Assembly: GCA_963720755.1 (NCBI GenBank)
Contig: CAVRGP010000012.1
Coordinates: forward strand, 1-34,168
From: an uncultured Chloroflexia bacterium
GTDB lineage: Bacteria > Chloroflexota > Limnocylindria > Limnocylindrales > CSP1-4
DNA length: 34,168 nt
Direction: 5' to 3'
Made by a program: the position numbers and the translations under genes. Below, one piece after another: positions 9,620-18,469 of the stretch. The notes beneath the pieces are model-generated. The model was not told the origin of the DNA. It saw only the letters and a list, made by a program, of their open reading frames with translations, and made no database searches. How positions within the stretch are numbered: the first letter of the stretch is position 1; each line of letters starts with the position of its first letter.

Positions 9620-11421
9620 TGGGAGCAACGACGCGCAGCAGATGGATCGCCCCGCTGCTCGTCGTCCTCCTGGTCGCTGCCTGTACTCCGGCGAGCCCGA
9701 CGCCGTCACCCGCGACACCGACCGAGAAGAGCGGATCGGCATCGGCGACACCGACCGAACCGATCGCGTCGGCATCCTCGACACCATCGTCGCGTCCGGC
9801 GTTCGATGCCTCGGGTCGACCCCTCGTCTGGTTCGCGCCGCTCGGGCCACGGGCCGATCACCATGGCTACGGTGGGGCCAACGACTTCTACGACCTGTTC
9901 GAGCCGGGAGCGCCATGGCCGACGGCCGTCGCCGACGTCGATGTCTTCCAGGTCTACGGCACCTGGGTCACCCACTACTCCACCGACGACGAACTCACCC
10001 GTGTCATCGACGGCGTCGCCGAGCGAGGACTCGGTCTCGGCCTGGAAGTCGGTCCGCTCACGGGGACGAACGAATGCGAACAGGGCGAGGGTTGGGCAGC
10101 CGACGAAAGCCTCGATGTCGTCCGCCGGATCCAGGCGCACGGTGGCCGGGTCGATGTCGTCGCGCTCGACGAGCCGTATGCCTTCGGCCACGTGGCGACG
10201 AGTGATCGGTCGTGCCTGTACCCGGTCGATCGGGTCGCCCGCGAGGTTGCCGGGTTCGTGGCCGATCTTCGGGTTCTCGAGCCCGACGTGATCGTCGGGG
10301 ATGTCGAGCCGATGTGGTCGGACATCACACCCGACGACATGGCCGCGTGGATCGATGCGTACGCGACCGCTGCGGGTGAGCCGTTCGCGTTCCTTCATCT
10401 CGACGCCGACTGGACCCGCGCCGACTGGGCGGAGGCGCTCCTGGCGACAGAGCAAGTGTGCCGTGATCAAGGCGTCCCGTTCGGGATCATCTACAACGGC
10501 GGCGACGCGCCCTCGGACGAGGAGTGGACCCGACTCGCGATGGACCGTGCGGTCCACTACGAGGAGGAGACGGGTGGTCGGCCCGACCACGTCGTGTTCC
10601 AGTCGTGGTTCGACCACCCGGATCGCGTGCTGCCGGACACCGACGTGACGACGTTCACAGGCTTGATCGCTCAGTACTCCGGAGCCCGGACCGAGATCGC
10701 GGTCGACCAGCTGGGTTCCGCTCGTGCCAGGGTGATCGAGGTCAGCGGCGCGGTCACCGTAGCCGGGCGGGCGGTCGGTGGAGCCAGCTTGACGATGAGC
10801 GCAACCCCGCTCGACGGGGCCAGACAGGAGTTGACCCTGGCCGGCCAGGTCCCCGCTGGGGCGAGCCACGCGGTGGTCGGCATTCGAGCGAATACCGAAG
10901 ATGCGGGCCCGGGTCCGATCGACATCGAGTTGTACCGGTTGAGCTACCAGGAAGCGGTGGATGGGACGAATCTGGTCCCGAACCCGCGGTTCGCCGCCGG
11001 GCTCGATCATTGGGGCATCACCGGTTCCGGATCGGCCAAACTCGTGGCCAGCGACTCGGGTCCGGGCCGAGCGCTGCAACTCGCGGGGTCCGCGACACGA
11101 TGGCTCAGCATCGACTCCGGCGAATTCGCGGTGACGCCGGGGGCTCGCTTCGAACTGAACGCCCTCGTCAGCGTGCCGGCGTCATCTGCCGCCAGCGCCT
11201 ATGCCGCCGTGATCTTCCTCGGCCCGACCGAGCTCGCACGCGAACGACTTCCGCTCGAACCGCGTGCGATCGTGCTCGGCACGGTGGCGAGCGACGCGGA
11301 GGGCCGGTTCCAGGGGATCGGCGAGGACCTTCCTGCCGGGCGCTACCGCGTCCGCATCGACGATCGCGGAAGCGCCCAGCGTTGGCCGGCCCGTTGGTCT
11401 CAGGAGGTTCTCGTCCGCTGA
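9619..11421 (+). CDS. Lipoprotein: putative TIM-barrel glycoside-hydrolase-like domain plus Ig-like domain with inserted CBM-like module
   Basis: Lipobox LVAA-C, Pro/Ser/Thr linker, acidic beta/alpha domain (VALDEP, GDVEP, VFQSW) and NLVPNPRF..W CBM4/9-like segment. The function is inferred. Confidence 0.6.
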   Translation: MGATTRSRWIAPLLVVLLVAACTPASPTPSPATPTEKSGSASATPTEPIASASSTPSSRPAFDASGRPLVWFAPLGPRADHHGYGGANDFYDLFEPGAPWPTAVADVDVFQVYGTWVTHYSTDDELTRVIDGVAERGLGLGLEVGPLTGTNECEQGEGWAADESLDVVRRIQAHGGRVDVVALDEPYAFGHVATSDRSCLYPVDRVAREVAGFVADLRVLEPDVIVGDVEPMWSDITPDDMAAWIDAYATAAGEPFAFLHLDADWTRADWAEALLATEQVCRDQGVPFGIIYNGGDAPSDEEWTRLAMDRAVHYEEETGGRPDHVVFQSWFDHPDRVLPDTDVTTFTGLIAQYSGARTEIAVDQLGSARARVIEVSGAVTVAGRAVGGASLTMSATPLDGARQELTLAGQVPAGASHAVVGIRANTEDAGPGPIDIELYRLSYQEAVDGTNLVPNPRFAAGLDHWGITGSGSAKLVASDSGPGRALQLAGSATRWLSIDSGEFAVTPGARFELNALVSVPASSAASAYAAVIFLGPTELARERLPLEPRAIVLGTVASDAEGRFQGIGEDLPAGRYRVRIDDRGSAQRWPARWSQEVLVR

Positions 11422-11435
11422 CGCTCGGCACGCCC

Positions 11436-11453
11436 CTGCGCTGACAGGCGCAG
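11436..11453. terminator. Hairpin between convergent lipoprotein and LysR genes
   Basis: CTGCGC-tgacag-GCGCAG stem-loop with no U tail. Confidence 0.35.
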
Positions 11454-11468
11454 ACCTGCAACGCGGAC

Positions 11469-12387
11469 CTAGGCGAGGATCGTCCCCCGAGTCGGCAGGA
11501 TTTCGCCGATCCGGTCGAGCACCTCGAGGAAGCCCTGGAGCGGCGGTGGGAGCAGACCGGCTGACGGCCGATGCACTGCCACGATCCGGCGGCGTGTCGG
11601 AGCGACACCGGCGATCGGCACCGCCCGAAGGTCGCCTCGGGCGATGTCGCTGGCGATCGCAGTAAGTGGCAGGAAGGCCACGCCGAGGCCGTCTCTGACC
11701 ATGTGCTTCGCTGCTTCGATGTTGTCGAGTTCGATCGTGCTCCGCGGTACCACCCCGGAGGCCCGGAAGATCGCGTTGGTCAGGTCGTAGTAACTCGACG
11801 TCCGGTCGAAGAGGATCAAGGTCGAAATCCGCGAGACGGTCGACGCCGATCGGATCGGGACCCGCGAATTCATGATGAGCAGGGACGACCAGGATGAGTT
11901 CGTCCTCGTACAGGGGTCGCGCGATCACGCCCGGGCGATGGAGCTCCCGGATGAGCCCGATGTCGAGCTCGTTGCGCTCGACCTGCTCGACGATCTCTTC
12001 CGAATGGCCGGTCCGAACGATGAGTCGAACGCCCTCGAAACGCTGGACGAACCGGGTCAGGATCCCAGGCAGAACGTAGGCGCCGACCGCTGGGGCTGTC
12101 CCGATCGTCAACTGCCCGGTGATCCCTCGGGCGTGCTCACGCACCTGGCCCCGCCCCGCATCCAGGGACTGTATCGCGCGATCCGCGTACGGCATGAAGG
12201 CGCGACCGGCGTTCGTGAGTCGCATCCCTCGATTCGACCGCTCGAACAACGGAGTACCGAGCTCCTCCTCGAGCAGTCTGATGCGTGCCGTGAGCGCGGG
12301 TTGTGTGACGTGCAGGGCCGTCGCTGCCCGGCTCAGGTTTTGTTGACGCGCGATCTCGAGAAAGCCCTCGATCTGGGTGATCAGCAT
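11469..12387 (-). CDS. LysR-family transcriptional regulator (apparent 1-nt frameshift near 11826)
   Basis: HTH NLSRAATALHVTQPALTARIRLLEEELG plus a substrate-binding domain split over two frames. Removing one base of AAA at 11825-11827 gives ..DRLADSTLILFDR.. Confidence 0.9.
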
Positions 12388-12401
12388 GGAATATCCCAAG
12401 G

Positions 12402-12438
12402 CATCACTTAGATTGATGGACATATCATATCAATCGAT
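12402..12438. promoter_or_regulatory. Tandem LysR T-N11-A boxes
   Basis: CATCA-N7-TGATG (12402-12418, perfect) and ATCA-N7-CGAT (12424-12438), 21 bp apart in an AT-rich divergent spacer. Confidence 0.7.
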
Positions 12439-12493
12439 TGGACTGATGGGCAGGCGGACGGCAGAATCAACCTCCCTTCGAAGGAGGCTTCTC

Positions 12494-12688
12494 ATGTACC
12501 AGCTGCCGGAACCCATTCGCTCGTCGCGCGAGCTGCTCGATCGCGGGGTCCAGACCCCCGGCTTGACGGTCGTCACGTGGACCACGTTCGGCCCACGGCT
12601 CGCCTGGCCACCGACGCCACGATCGCAAGCCGAGACGGCCGAATGCACCTGCCCGACCGATTGCATCCGCGATCACGAGAACGAGTGA
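12494..12688 (+). CDS. Small 64-aa protein with C-terminal CxCPxxC-x-RDH motif, upstream of isocitrate lyase
   Basis: AAGGAGG RBS 6 nt before the ATG. Ends [14 protein letters not shown], and the stop overlaps an in-frame GTG of the ICL gene (GTGA 12685-12688). Confidence 0.6.
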   Translation: MYQLPEPIRSSRELLDRGVQTPGLTVVTWTTFGPRLAWPPTPRSQAETAECTCPTDCIRDHENE

Positions 12689-15033
12689 TCGACTCGATCC
12701 CCACGATGACCACGACGCCTGTCGTCAGCGATCCGCACGACGCGATCGTCGATCCGGAGATCGCTGAGACCCAGGATTGGTTGGACAGCCCGCGCTTCGA
12801 CGGGATCACCCGACTGCATAGCGTTCGTCAGGTGGCCGAACAGCGAGGCACGATCCGGACCGACTCCGTGGTCGCCCGTGACGCGGCGACGGCGTTCTAC
12901 GATCGTTTGCGCGAGCTGTTCTCGGAGCGGCGTTCGATCACCACATTCGGCCCCTACTCACCGGGTCAGGCGGTCATCATCAAGCGCCTGGGGATCGAGG
13001 GCATCTACCTCGGCGGATGGGCGACGTCGGCCAAGGGATCGGCGGCGGAGGACCCGGGGCCGGATCTCGCCAGCTACCCGCTGTCGCAGGTGCCCGACGA
13101 GGCTGCCGCCCTGGTTCGGGCCCTGCTCACGGCCGACCGCAACCAGCACTTCCTTCGGTCACGCATGCCGCCTGAGCAGCGGGCAGCCACGCCGTCCGTC
13201 GACTACCGACCATTCATCATCGCCGACGCCGACACCGGCCACGGCGGCGACCCCCACGTTCGCAACCTCATCCGGCGGTTCGTCGAGGCCGGCGTACCCG
13301 GGTACCACATCGAGGATCAGCGGCCCGGCACCAAGAAATGCGGTCACCAGGGGGGCAAGGTGCTGGTGTCGTCCAGCGAGCAGATCAAGCGTCTCAATGC
13401 CGCGCGGTTCCAGCTGGACGTGATGGGCGTGCCCGGGATCATCGTGGCTCGGACCGACGCCGAGTCGGCAAGCCTGCTCGAATCGCGGGGAGACGAGCGC
13501 GACCAGCCGTTCATCCTGGGTGTCACGAACCTGTCGGTTCCGTCGTACAAGGTCGCCTATCTCAGCCTGCTCCGGCGCTTCCACGACAACGGGATCGAGG
13601 AACTCAACGGGCATCGCGCCTATGCGATCAGCGACGACGAATACCGAGTCGCCGACGCCTGGGCGGACGAGCACGGCATCTCGGACGCGGTGATCGCGGC
13701 GGCCTCTCAGATCAACGGCGGCGCGGACCTCGACGCCACATTCGATCGAGTGGCTGAGCGCTTCCTCGGGGCCTGGGAGACGGATGCCGGCCTCGAAACG
13801 TACGCCGAGGCGGTCGCGGATCTCATCGAGCAGCGGGAGCGTGACGGCGACCTCGACACACCGACGGTCGCGGAGACCGAAGGGGCGTCCCCGGCCATGA
13901 CTCGCGAATCCTGGCTGGCATTCGCGCGTGGCGCCTCACACGCCGTCGCACAGGCCCGGGCGCGCGAGCTCGGACTCGACGTCGACTGGGACTGTGAGCT
14001 GGCGACGACCCCGGAGGGGTACTACCAGGTGGACGGCGGGATCAGCTATGCCATCGCCAAGTCCCTGGCTGCTGCGCCGTTCGCGGATCTGCTGTGGATG
14101 GAGACGAAGACGGCCGACCTTGCCGACGCCCGGACGTTCGCGGAGGCGATCCATGCCGTCCACCCTGACCAGATGCTCGCCTACAACCTGTCGCCTTCGT
14201 TCAATTGGGACTCGACCGGCATGAGCGATGAGGACATGCGACGGTTCCCCGAGGAGCTCGGGAAGATGGGCTTCGTCTTCAACTTCATCACCTACGGTGG
14301 CCACCAGCTGGACGGCGTGGCCGCCGAGGAGTTCGCGACGGCCCTCCGCCAGGACGGGATGCTCGCCCTCGCCCGGCTACAGCGGAAGATCCGCCTGGTC
14401 GAGTCGCCCTATCGCACGCCACAAACGCTCGTCGGCGGTCCACGCCTGGACGCGGCGCTCGTCGCTTCATCGGGTCGGACGGCGACGACGATGGCGATGG
14501 GCAAGGGCTCGACCCAACACCAGCACGCGCTGCAAACGGAAGTGCCCAAGCGGCTGCTCGAGGAATGGCTTGCGCTGTGGTCCGAACACAATGCGTTCGA
14601 GCAGCGCCTGCGCGTTCGATTGCTGCCTCGCCGGGGGGATTCAGAGCTGCTCGAGCTCGCGATCCTCGGCGATGACGACCGGAGGCTGGCCGCGATCGTC
14701 TTCGCCCCCATCCACGACCGCCGGGGCCGGAGCATCCTCTCGGTCCGGGACCAGAACACATTCGAGCCCGCGCTTCGACGCCGGCGGCTGATGACGCTTG
14801 CGCACGTCTACTTGATCCACCGCTACCGCGCCGGCTCCGTCCACTACGTCAGCCCGACTGCGGACAACCAGGTCCAGACGGAACGCATGCGCGATCTCGG
14901 CATCTACGGCGACGTGACCACGGAGGTGGGCGAGATCATCGTCGCCGAGGTGAGCTCGACGCGGATCGCCGAACTGCTGGCGCCAGACCGGATCGAACTG
15001 GAGCGATTGATCAGGCGCGACACGTCACTGTGA
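12685..15033 (+). CDS. aceA: Isocitrate lyase, long ICL2 type with C-terminal GNAT-like domain
   Basis: [15 protein letters not shown], catalytic KKCGH, ARTD, LWMET and [10 protein letters not shown], with a helical insertion and a C-terminal extension ([24 protein letters not shown]). Start is GTG 12685 or ATG 12706. Confidence 0.93.
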   Translation: MIDSIPTMTTTPVVSDPHDAIVDPEIAETQDWLDSPRFDGITRLHSVRQVAEQRGTIRTDSVVARDAATAFYDRLRELFSERRSITTFGPYSPGQAVIIKRLGIEGIYLGGWATSAKGSAAEDPGPDLASYPLSQVPDEAAALVRALLTADRNQHFLRSRMPPEQRAATPSVDYRPFIIADADTGHGGDPHVRNLIRRFVEAGVPGYHIEDQRPGTKKCGHQGGKVLVSSSEQIKRLNAARFQLDVMGVPGIIVARTDAESASLLESRGDERDQPFILGVTNLSVPSYKVAYLSLLRRFHDNGIEELNGHRAYAISDDEYRVADAWADEHGISDAVIAAASQINGGADLDATFDRVAERFLGAWETDAGLETYAEAVADLIEQRERDGDLDTPTVAETEGASPAMTRESWLAFARGASHAVAQARARELGLDVDWDCELATTPEGYYQVDGGISYAIAKSLAAAPFADLLWMETKTADLADARTFAEAIHAVHPDQMLAYNLSPSFNWDSTGMSDEDMRRFPEELGKMGFVFNFITYGGHQLDGVAAEEFATALRQDGMLALARLQRKIRLVESPYRTPQTLVGGPRLDAALVASSGRTATTMAMGKGSTQHQHALQTEVPKRLLEEWLALWSEHNAFEQRLRVRLLPRRGDSELLELAILGDDDRRLAAIVFAPIHDRRGRSILSVRDQNTFEPALRRRRLMTLAHVYLIHRYRAGSVHYVSPTADNQVQTERMRDLGIYGDVTTEVGEIIVAEVSSTRIAELLAPDRIELERLIRRDTSL

Positions 15034-15038
15034 TCCTC

Positions 15039-15079
15039 GAGGCGCCACGGTACACGGTCGTGTACTCGGTGGTGCCCTC
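15039..15079 (+). terminator. Long hairpin immediately after aceA
   Basis: GAGGCGCCAC-GGTACAC ggtc GTGTACT-CG-GTGGTGCCCTC, an imperfect stem of about 17 bp. Confidence 0.5.
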
Positions 15080-15221
15080 ATCGTCTCTGCGAACGGTACG
15101 GTCAGGACCGCATTCGGCCGCTGTTCGTTCTTCAGTCAGTGCGTAGGCAGCCCGATCGATGCGGGCCAGGTCCGATGTATCGTGCACCGAGGTTCCGTCC
15201 TGGAACGAAGAGGAGGGCATC

Positions 15222-15509
15222 GTGACTGACGCGTCGGCGCCAAAGCTGCTCAACAAGTGGCGCTATGGCATCCACCCTCAGGCAGCAGGAACGCAGCTCG
15301 ACGCGCTCGGTCGCGTCGAGCTGCCGCTTGGTGAGGCGCTCCGGCTCGAGATGGTGGACCACGCGCCGGATGCCGAGGACCTCGTCCACATCCAGTACTA
15401 CATCGCGACCGAGTCGGGCGGCTGGGCTCTCTGGATCTCGTGTCCGAGGGCCGATCTGGCAGCCCGCGAGGCCAGCCTGCAGGAGTTGGCCCCGCCGGAT
15501 TCGGAGTAG
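15222..15509 (+). CDS. Hypothetical protein (95 aa)
   Basis: AGGAGG RBS 5 nt before a GTG start. Globular-looking sequence (HIQYYIATESGGWALWISC); I do not recognise the family. Confidence 0.6.
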   Translation: MTDASAPKLLNKWRYGIHPQAAGTQLDALGRVELPLGEALRLEMVDHAPDAEDLVHIQYYIATESGGWALWISCPRADLAAREASLQELAPPDSE

Positions 15510-15566
15510 CCCGAGGTCCGGAGGGCGGCCAAGCCTCGCAGGTAGCCGCTCAGGCGCCCGTCCTGA

Positions 15567-16289
15567 TCACTTCGTGCCGGTGATCAGGTGTTCCCGGTCG
15601 AACGCCCGCGAGGTGATCCGCCAGCCGGCCGAGTCGAGGGCGAGCAGCAGGGCCGCACCGCCGACGGCGAGCGCGGGCGTGACCTCGATCACGTTGACCG
15701 CGATGAGCACCACGATGAACACGGCCGGGAGGCTGGCCAGGACACCGATCTGCTGTGCGACGCGCACGTCATTCGACCGGGCGGAGATCGCGATCCCCAC
15801 CCAGATCGTCCACATGGCGAGCAGCGGCGTGAAGATCAGCTGGGCGATCAGGTCGGGCGGCTGGATCAACGCGGAAGCGATCCCCGCTGGAGCGAGGAGT
15901 TCAAAGACGACGAGGAAGGCGGCGAAGACCGCGTACGAGATCAGGAGCGACGGCAGGAGTGCGGCCAGCGCCTTGCCGAGCAGGAACTCCTCCCGCGGGA
16001 TCGGCGTCGTGAGGATCGGCTCGAGCGTGCCCTGCTCGCGCTCGCCGACCACGGCGTAGGCGGCCACGAACGCAGGCACGAGCGCTGGGATGCCGAGCAG
16101 GTAGAGGAGGACGTGCTCGTGGCTGAGGGGCCCGGATGCGGACGTCGGTAGACGCAAGGCGGCGACGAGCGGTTGGATGCAGAACACGAGCGGGAAGATG
16201 GCCATCGTCCAGACGACCGAACGGTTCCGTCGGTACTCGCGCAGTTCCTTGCGGGTGATCGCCCAGATCCGCCGCCTGTTGAGCTTCAC
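15567..16289 (-). CDS. ABC-2 type transporter permease
   Basis: Six TM helices and the VVGEREQGTLEPILTTPI..FLLGK motif. Confidence 0.9.
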   Translation of the reverse strand: MKLNRRRIWAITRKELREYRRNRSVVWTMAIFPLVFCIQPLVAALRLPTSASGPLSHEHVLLYLLGIPALVPAFVAAYAVVGEREQGTLEPILTTPIPREEFLLGKALAALLPSLLISYAVFAAFLVVFELLAPAGIASALIQPPDLIAQLIFTPLLAMWTIWVGIAISARSNDVRVAQQIGVLASLPAVFIVVLIAVNVIEVTPALAVGGAALLLALDSAGWRITSRAFDREHLITGTK

Positions 16290-17266
16290 CGTGCCGCGGC
16301 CTCGCGATCTTCATTGATCAGCTCGAGATAGACGTCCTCGAGCGAATGACGCGACTCGCTGATCGACAGGACGTCCGCCCCCGACGCGACCAATGCGCGG
16401 GTCACCGCCGGTGCGGCGAGCTCAGGGTCGGACACCGCGAGGGCGTACGTGTCGGGCTCGTCCTGTCGCCAGTGATCCACGCCCGGAATGCTGAAGACGC
16501 GGCTCGGCTCGGGGAGGGGAGCCTTGGTCCTGACGATCAGGGACCGTGCGAACAGCTGGTCGCGCAGTTGTTCGGGCCGGCCGATGGTTCGCAGGGTCGT
16601 ATTCAGGATCGCGACCCGATCGCACAGTCGCTCCGCTTCCTCCAATCGATGCGTGGTGAGGAAGATCGTGACGCCCCGTTTGCGAAGGCCGTCGATCAGT
16701 TCGTGCACCTCGCGAGCGGCGACCGGGTCGAGCCCGGCGGTCGGTTCGTCGAGGAACAACACCTCGGGGTCGCTCAGCAGCGCCCTCGCCAGCGCGACCC
16801 GCTGGCGCAGCCCTTTCGACAGCGTGCCGCCGGCATCGTGCGCCCGGTCGGTCAGGTTGACGGCGCGTAGCGCGTCATCGATCCGCGCGCGTGGGTCGGC
16901 CACCTCGTACAGGTCGGCGAAGCACTCCAGATTCTCGAGCACGGTCAGACGCAGGTACAGGCCGGGCGTCTCGGGCATGATCGAGATCCGGCGCCGGATC
17001 TCCTGACCGTTGTCCTTCGTGAGCGGGATGCCGGCCACCGTTGCCGACCCCGACGTCGGGGCGATCAGGCCGCCGAGCGTCCGGACCGTCGTCGTCTTCC
17101 CGGCGCCGTTGGGCCCGAGGAAGCCGAACACCTCGCCGCGGCCGACCTCGAACGAAACGTCGTCGAACGCGACGCGATCACCAAACCGCTTCGACAGATG
17201 ATCGACCGTGATCGAAGGACCGCGGCTGGCGGCCGCTGATGAAGGATCGGCCATGGCGAGACTCAC
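16286..17266 (-). CDS. ABC transporter ATP-binding protein (DrrA-like)
   Basis: GPNGAGKTT, LSKG, FLDEPTAGLD, TTH and C-terminal SLEDVYL. Confidence 0.93.
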   Translation of the reverse strand: MSLAMADPSSAAASRGPSITVDHLSKRFGDRVAFDDVSFEVGRGEVFGFLGPNGAGKTTTVRTLGGLIAPTSGSATVAGIPLTKDNGQEIRRRISIMPETPGLYLRLTVLENLECFADLYEVADPRARIDDALRAVNLTDRAHDAGGTLSKGLRQRVALARALLSDPEVLFLDEPTAGLDPVAAREVHELIDGLRKRGVTIFLTTHRLEEAERLCDRVAILNTTLRTIGRPEQLRDQLFARSLIVRTKAPLPEPSRVFSIPGVDHWRQDEPDTYALAVSDPELAAPAVTRALVASGADVLSISESRHSLEDVYLELINEDREAAAR

Positions 17267-17350
17267 CGATGGATTATCCGCCGATGTCGGCGAATGCGGC
17301 GTCGCGCCGTCAAGGGGCGCACGCTACCAGTGCTCGCGTAGGATTGCCCG

Positions 17351-18433
17351 ATGGCGCCGATGGATCCGACCGACACGCTCCGCCCGACGGACGGTCCCCT
17401 GACCTTCGAGGAGCTCCACCTGGCCGGCCGAAACCGCGGCATGCCCCTCGAGGCGCTTCGGTACGACCGCACGCCGACCGGCCTCCACTACCTCCTCGTC
17501 CACTGGGATATCCCGACGATCGATCCGTCATCGTGGCGGCTGCGGATCGCCGGTCGCGTCGAGCGCGAACTCGACCTGTCCCTGCTCGATCTCACGACAC
17601 TGCCGAGGCGAACCATCTCGGTGACGATGGAGTGTGCCGGCAACGGCCGGGCGCTCCTGGACCCGCGGCCGCTCAGCCAACCATGGCTCGATGCGGCGAT
17701 CGGGACCGCCGAATGGACCGGGACGCCGCTGGCGCCGCTGCTCGAGAAGGCCGGGCTGACCGACGACACCATCGAACTCGTGTTCACCGGTCGCGACCGA
17801 GGCATCCAGGGCGGCGTGGAGCAGGACTACCAGCGCAGCCTGACGGTGGAAGAGGCGATGCGGCCGGACGTCCTCATCGCCTACGACATGAACGGACGGC
17901 GCCTCGAGCCGCAACATGGCGCGCCGGCCCGCCTTCTGGTCCCGGGTTGGTACGGCATGACCAGCGTCAAGTGGCTCACCGGCATCGAGGCCGTGACGGC
18001 ACCGTTCGAGGGGTATCAGCAGACGCCCGCGTATCGATACCAACGCGACGAGGACGACCCCGGCGTACCGGTCGACCGGATCCGGGTCCGCGCGCTCATG
18101 ATCCCGCCGGGGATCCCGGACTTCTTCACCCGACGCCGGTACGTGGATGCTGGCGCGGTCCAGCTGTCCGGCAGGGCCTGGTCGGGGAACGGTCCGATCG
18201 AGCGGGTCGAAGTCGCGGTCGACGGCGTGTGGGCGGACGCGACCCTGGACGAGCCGATCGGTCCGTACGCGTGGCGTGGCTGGTCATTCGATTGGAAGGC
18301 AACGATCGGCGAGCACGAGCTCCGGTGCCGCGCGACCGACGAGTCGGGCGACGTCCAGCCGCTCGAACCGCCGTGGAACTTCCAGGGCCTGGGCAACAAT
18401 CTCGCGCAGACGATCGCCGTCACCGTTCGCTGA
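17351..18433 (+). CDS. Sulfite oxidase-family molybdopterin oxidoreductase with dimerisation domain
   Basis: MECAGNGR (Mo-ligating Cys), HGAPARLLVPGWYGMTSVKW, GRAWSG..IERVEV and RATD. No signal peptide. Confidence 0.9.
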   Translation: MAPMDPTDTLRPTDGPLTFEELHLAGRNRGMPLEALRYDRTPTGLHYLLVHWDIPTIDPSSWRLRIAGRVERELDLSLLDLTTLPRRTISVTMECAGNGRALLDPRPLSQPWLDAAIGTAEWTGTPLAPLLEKAGLTDDTIELVFTGRDRGIQGGVEQDYQRSLTVEEAMRPDVLIAYDMNGRRLEPQHGAPARLLVPGWYGMTSVKWLTGIEAVTAPFEGYQQTPAYRYQRDEDDPGVPVDRIRVRALMIPPGIPDFFTRRRYVDAGAVQLSGRAWSGNGPIERVEVAVDGVWADATLDEPIGPYAWRGWSFDWKATIGEHELRCRATDESGDVQPLEPPWNFQGLGNNLAQTIAVTVR

Positions 18434-18437
18434 GAGA

Positions 18438-18454
18438 GGGGCCCCCACGGCCCC
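18438..18454. terminator. Hairpin between convergent genes
   Basis: GGGGCC-cccac-GGCCCC. Confidence 0.4.
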
Positions 18455-18469
18455 GCGCCGCCGTCCGGG

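Noticed and set aside
11469-12387. LysR pseudogene or programmed frameshift
   Set aside because: One extra base in a short homopolymer with both halves intact and operator boxes preserved; no slippery-site signature. Sequencing error is more likely.
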